A stretch of 64,000 nt of DNA, taken from positions 1 through 64,000 of the forward strand of contig CALSCP010001725.1 in the NCBI GenBank assembly GCA_943704425.1. The letters run 5' to 3'. The notes under the pieces were generated by a model. The model saw only the letters and a list, made by a program, of their open reading frames with translations. It searched no databases and was not told where the DNA came from. Position numbers and translations under genes: made by a program. This document shows, piece after piece, positions 59,247 to 64,000 of this stretch. The DNA is from Ministeria vibrans ATCC 50519. Taxonomy: Eukaryota > Protista > Filasterea. The first letter of the stretch is position 1, and each line of letters opens with the position of its first letter.

Positions 59247-61244
59247 NNNNNNNNNNNNNNNNNNNNNNNNNNNNNNNNNNNNNNNNNNNNNNNNNNNNNN
59301 NNNNNNNNNNNNNNNNNNNNNNNNNNNNNNNNNNNNNNNNNNNNNNNNNNNNNNNNNNNNNNNNNNNNNNNNNNNNNNNNNNNNNNNNNNNNNNNNNNNN
59401 NNNNNNNNNNNNNNNNNNNNNNNNNNNNNNNNNNNNNNNNNNNNNNNNNNNNNNNNNNNNNNNNNNNNNNNNNNNNNNNNNNNNNNNNNNNNNNNNNNNN
59501 NNNNNNNNNNNNNNNNNNNNNNNNNNNNNNNNNNNNNNNNNNNNNNNNNNNNNNNNNNNNNNNNNNNNNNNNNNNNNNNNNNNNNNNNNNNNNNNNNNNN
59601 NNNNNNNNNNNNNNNNNNNNNNNNNNNNNNNNNNNNNNNNNNNNNNNNNNNNNNNNNNNNNNNNNNNNNNNNNNNNTGCATGTGCGTGTGCGTGAGTGTG
59701 TGTCTTTGTGGTGCATCTGCGTGTGCGTGAGTGTGTGTCTTTGTGGTGCATGTGCGTGTGCGTGAGTGTGTGTCTTTGTGGTGCATGTGCGTGTGCGTGA
59801 GTGTGTGTCTTTGTGGTGCATGTGCGTGTGCGTGAGCGTGTGTCTTTGTGGTGTGTGTGTGTGTGTCAGTCTTTGTGGTGTATGTAAATATGTATGTCTG
59901 TGAATGAAACAGCTCATCAATTGCGTTTGCTCTACAGTGTGTGGCACATGTTCGCTGGGTCATGACCATGAAGCCATTCTTGGCGATACCATCTCCAAGA
60001 TTGCCCATCAAAAGGGCGGGATTTACAAGAGAAACGTACGAGCACAAAAAGTGTATACAATCTTTCTAACCTGATTGACGATTAGGTACCCTGTGTATCT
60101 GTGCCACAGCCTGAAGACGGATTTGCGGTGTTGATGGAGTGTGCGCGGGCGCAAGGGACTTCACTGATGGCCACACCTCCGCTTGAGGCATACGAGCAAC
60201 TTACACAACGACCAATCGCGCTGGGTAAAGTATATCATGTGCAAAAACGTCGCTTGAATATAATTCTGGTATAGGACTGAGCGGTACGTTCCAACGAGTG
60301 AATGCGGCTTTGGCACTTTCTGTTGTATCACTGTGGCTACAGCAGCACCACACTGCTGTGCCTGCACTAACGGAGTGGGCGCGCGACTTTGGGGCTACTC
60401 TGGCGCAGCACGCATCCTCCGACTCGTCTCCACCACTTACGTCGCCCCATTCGGCGGACCCTTCCACCTCAGCGGTCCCTGGTTGTTCCTATTCGCGCCC
60501 CTTTGTTGTCCCTTCGCCCCTGTGTGATGCGCTCAGAGATTGTCGCTGGCCTGGTCGTGCTCAAGTATGAGATGCTGCGCCCCAGTGCAACCCTACACCA
60601 TTGACTGTTCTTGTTAACGTAGACACTGAGTACGTTCGACTCGAGAGCCACTGTGTATCTTGACGGTGCACACACTCCCGAGAGCATTCAGGTGTGTGCC
60701 GACTGGTACGCACAAGTTGAACAGCAGCACACACACCCGGCCCAGCGCATTCTCTTGTTCAACTGCAGTGGGGATCGAGAGGTACCAGACATGTGTTTAG
60801 CATTCGACAACTCCCTTCTTACAGTTATTTTTCTTTGATATCAGTTTGGGCGACTTGTTGGGCCGCTTGCTCACTTTCAGTTTGACCAGGTGCTCTTTTG
60901 TCCCAACATCCAGTCGACTCAGCCTAGCGAAGATTCTGGTGCGACTTGCTTGCAGCCGTCTTTCTCTTTCGTAACACTCTCGTGCTGTAGACAACGCAAA
61001 CAACACAGTGGACTGGACAAAGATTGACAGTCGAACTGAAGAGATTGAGCAGACATTTCTGAGCGCGACGCACCACCCCACAATGACGCGCCGCTTTCGC
61101 TGCATTCAAGATGCAGTCGAGTACGTTGAGGCGCTGAGCAGGAACACAGTTGGTGGTGATGGTGAGGTTGTGCGAGTGCTTGTGACGGGCTCGTTGCATC
61201 TTGTGGGTGGTGTACTGACCGCACTCAACGTGGGCGTCCAGTAA
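58334..61244 (+). CDS. FPGS: Folylpolyglutamate synthase (about 10 exons; gap in an intron)
   Basis: ALNSLQSN, HLSGTKGKGST, SSPHL..VRERIRLNG, YFRFLTL, EVGLGGRYDSTN, WPGR, YLDGAHT, VLVTGSLHLVGG. Confidence 0.97.
59677..59851. repeat. 35-bp minisatellite TGCATGTGCGTGTGCGTGAGTGTGTGTCTTTGTGG, at least 5 copies, in FPGS intron next to a gap
   Basis: Units start at 59677, 59712, 59747, 59782 and 59817. Confidence 0.95.
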
Positions 61245-61438
61245 TGACGCGTACACACACACACGCACACACACACACACACCACACATACTGCATTGGT
61301 AGCACACTCAAACCAAACCCATAGTCACTTTAATGAATGGAATAAGAAAGAATAACTTAGATATATTATATGTGTACTAATTGTTAAGTTTGCAAGGAGT
61401 GGCGTTCACATTCAGCGCGCGACTTTATGTGTTTTTGC

Positions 61439-61753
61439 TTACTCCTTCTTCGGTTGCATTTTGTGGCGAGCCTCTTTGCGCATGTCCCACCACTCAAAAA
61501 AGTTGAGCATGAGAAAGCCGACTATGACAAGACCAAGGCCGCCCATGGCACGAGCGGGAAGGGAGAAGTGGTGGAGGAAGTGGTCGGCGACGACGGACGC
61601 AGGGATGGTCAACATGGTTCCAATGGCCATAAAGAGCGGGGACGACAGGAAGATGCCGATGAAGAGGAAGATTTGATAGCACGAGTCTGAGTACAGGATA
61701 CAAGGTAGGAGTGTGAGTGCGATCGGAGAGAGGGACAATTTCGAGTGCGATCA

Positions 61754-61832
<79 letters not shown>

Positions 61833-63676
61833 GGAAAAAGAAACAAAGTGATAGAGAGAGAGAAACAAACTGATAGAGAGTCATACAGAGAGAGAAACAA
61901 AGTGATAGAGAGAGAAACAAAGTGATATAAGACAAAGTGAGAAACAAAGTGCTAGAGAGAGATTGAATTGACAAAATACGATTGAAGTGAGCGAATCCCA
62001 ACAACTCTTACCAATGACAACGACAATGGCAAAATCAGTCAGAGCGGAACCCGTGGGAGGATTCCACACCTCAATGCCAGTGGAGTTGAGCATAAAGAAG
62101 AAGGGCCACAACAGAATGGTGTTCCACACGCCAATGGCACCAAGAAAGCGACATGTGTCGGCCGTCTGCATCAGCCGGTCGGGCGGGACCCCCTCACGCA
62201 GCTCAGGTTGCACCACAAAGCGTTGGAAGAGTACTTCGTACAGCGCATAGCCAATTGTGCTGAGGACCACCATGGCGTAGCCGAGTGCGTCGCCGTTGCT
62301 GCCTGACGCAGGCTGTTCGGGCGGCGGCGAGAATGCAATCAGAAACACCCCCGCGACACACACACACACTAAGCAAGTGTTTCATTCAGAAAAATCGACG
62401 GGAAACAATTCGTCTTCTGTACCTGCAATGACTTTGTTGAGCACAAGCTTTTCTTTGAGAATGGGAATGGCCAAGAGGTAGACAAAGACACACGAAGAGT
62501 TGTAGATGCCTGTGTTGGCGGAAACGCTCGTGCGCGGCAGCGACACATACCACGTCATTGAGATGCCTACGATGGGAATCAAACTCACTGCTGTGCACGG
62601 TTGTGCGCCTTTTCCGTACCCAGACACAGTAGGTTGTAGAAGAAGGTCAACACTAGGGTCCTCTTGGTCATCCACGGTCCCCATTCACGATCAGGGTTGG
62701 GATCGACCTGACGAGTGTTTTCATCAGACGCAATATCGTCGACTCTAATATAACAATGAATTTAGTAGGATGTCGCGAAGTAATAATAATATTTTTGGGT
62801 GAATGAGACTCGTTTAAGAAACACATCAAACCCATTCAACACGTACTGGATAGGTTGGTACGGGGGTGGCAGCAGCGCCCTCTTCCGAGCCTTGCGTTGG
62901 TCCCACAGTCGCATGCACACGTAGATGAGGCCAAACAAGGAGTAGCCGACGTGAATGAAGTAGGTCATGAAGTAGGGCTGCACGCGGATACAGCCGTCGC
63001 ACGGTTAGCACTGGGTGTCATAGACGACACTCCCACACAGATACTCACTCATCCACAGCTTGAACTCACACTCTCACCGATATGAATATGAGACGTTATG
63101 ACAAAAAAAANNNNNNNNNNNNNNNNNNNNNNNNNNNNNNNNNNNNNNNNNNNNNNNNNNNNNNNNNNNNNNNNNNNNNNNNNNNNNNNNNNNNNNNNNN
63201 NNNNNNNNNNNNNNNNNNNNNNNNNNNNNNNNNNNNNNNNNNNNNNNNNNNNNNNNNNNNNNNNNNNNNNNNNNNNNNNNNNNNNNNNNNNNNNNNNNNN
63301 NNNNNNNNNNNNNNNNNNNNNNNNNNNNNNNNNNNNNNNNNNNNNNNNNNNNNNNNNNNNNNNNNNNNNNNNNNNNNNNNNNNNNNNNNNNNNNNNNNNN
63401 NNNNNNNNNNNAAAAAAAATAGAGACAAAGGGCATCTGCGCAGCGCCCACGCTGAAGCCCACAGGCAGTGTCCACGGGGTGTTGACGGGCTTCTCTGGCG
63501 CTGGGGTTCCTCGACGCTCGAGCCGATCCGCTGTCGTCACTGCCCCGTCCGCTTCTCCCTGCTCTGCCGCCCCTCTCTCTCCCTCTCGCTCCCCCTTCCC
63601 CCCCGCCCGCCCCTCTCCCGCTCTCGTGCTCCCTTGATCCGCCCCTCCTTCTGCTCCCCGTGCCGCTGTCTGTCAT
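61439..63676 (-). CDS. EamA/DMT solute carrier, SLC35F3/F4-like; 5' end uncertain (gap)
   Basis: PYFMTY, SLPRTSVSANTGIYNSSCVFVYLL, ALYEVLF, GIFLSSPLFMAIGTMLTIPASVVAD. Confidence 0.85.
61756..61962. repeat. (GA)n + tandem GAAACAAAGTGATA array (SLC35F intron)
   Basis: Multiple motif copies. Confidence 0.95.
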
Positions 63677-64000
63677 CACACTGTTGGAGACGTTTCGCCG
63701 AAAAAAAAAAAGCTTTTCCTCATTTCGACACTTTTCCGGCTGTAAGCCATCATCCTTTTGCATGCCACGCCACACTCTTTTGTCTTAGTATCTATGGAGC
63801 ACCCGGTGCCCGAAGGAAAGTGGATGCAGCTATAGCAATTTCGAAAAAGCTTCGCTTTTTATTTTTCCTTTTTTTTTTTTGTCTTTTCGTGTCGCACTGC
63901 AATATGTTCACTTCCTGCCGCTACGCATGCGTCTCTGGCGCCCACTCTTTCGCGAGCCTCTTCCACACGCTGTGATGTGAAATGTTGGTCTTGGTGCGCG

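Overview
Gene-dense eukaryotic nuclear DNA: about 32 protein-coding genes in 64 kb, with short spliceosomal introns, 130-240 bp head-to-head promoters and four assembly gaps. The gene set (WDR73-, TEDC2-, FRMD8-, Myo19-like, HIP1/Sla2, Borealin, CTNNBL1, TK1, ERG28) combined with this compactness suggests a unicellular relative of animals (inference). All gene calls are from manual translation and remembered family motifs, not database searches. No rRNA, tRNA, CRISPR array or intact transposon ORF was seen. Highlights: (1) a 266-nt AT-AC intron in HIP1 whose 5' splice site looks like a major-spliceosome site (ATAAGT); (2) a polarised (GA)n+GAAACAAAGTGATA repeat family that makes up most long introns; (3) several prokaryote- or phage-like domains (pRiA4b ORF3-like gene with 8 introns, intronless TetX-like monooxygenase, phage-like C-terminal domain); (4) an 8-nt microexon in CK2alpha; (5) dual-ATG mitochondrial isoforms of TOP3A and FPGS; (6) a short dispersed intergenic repeat carrying a poly(A)-signal-like cassette.
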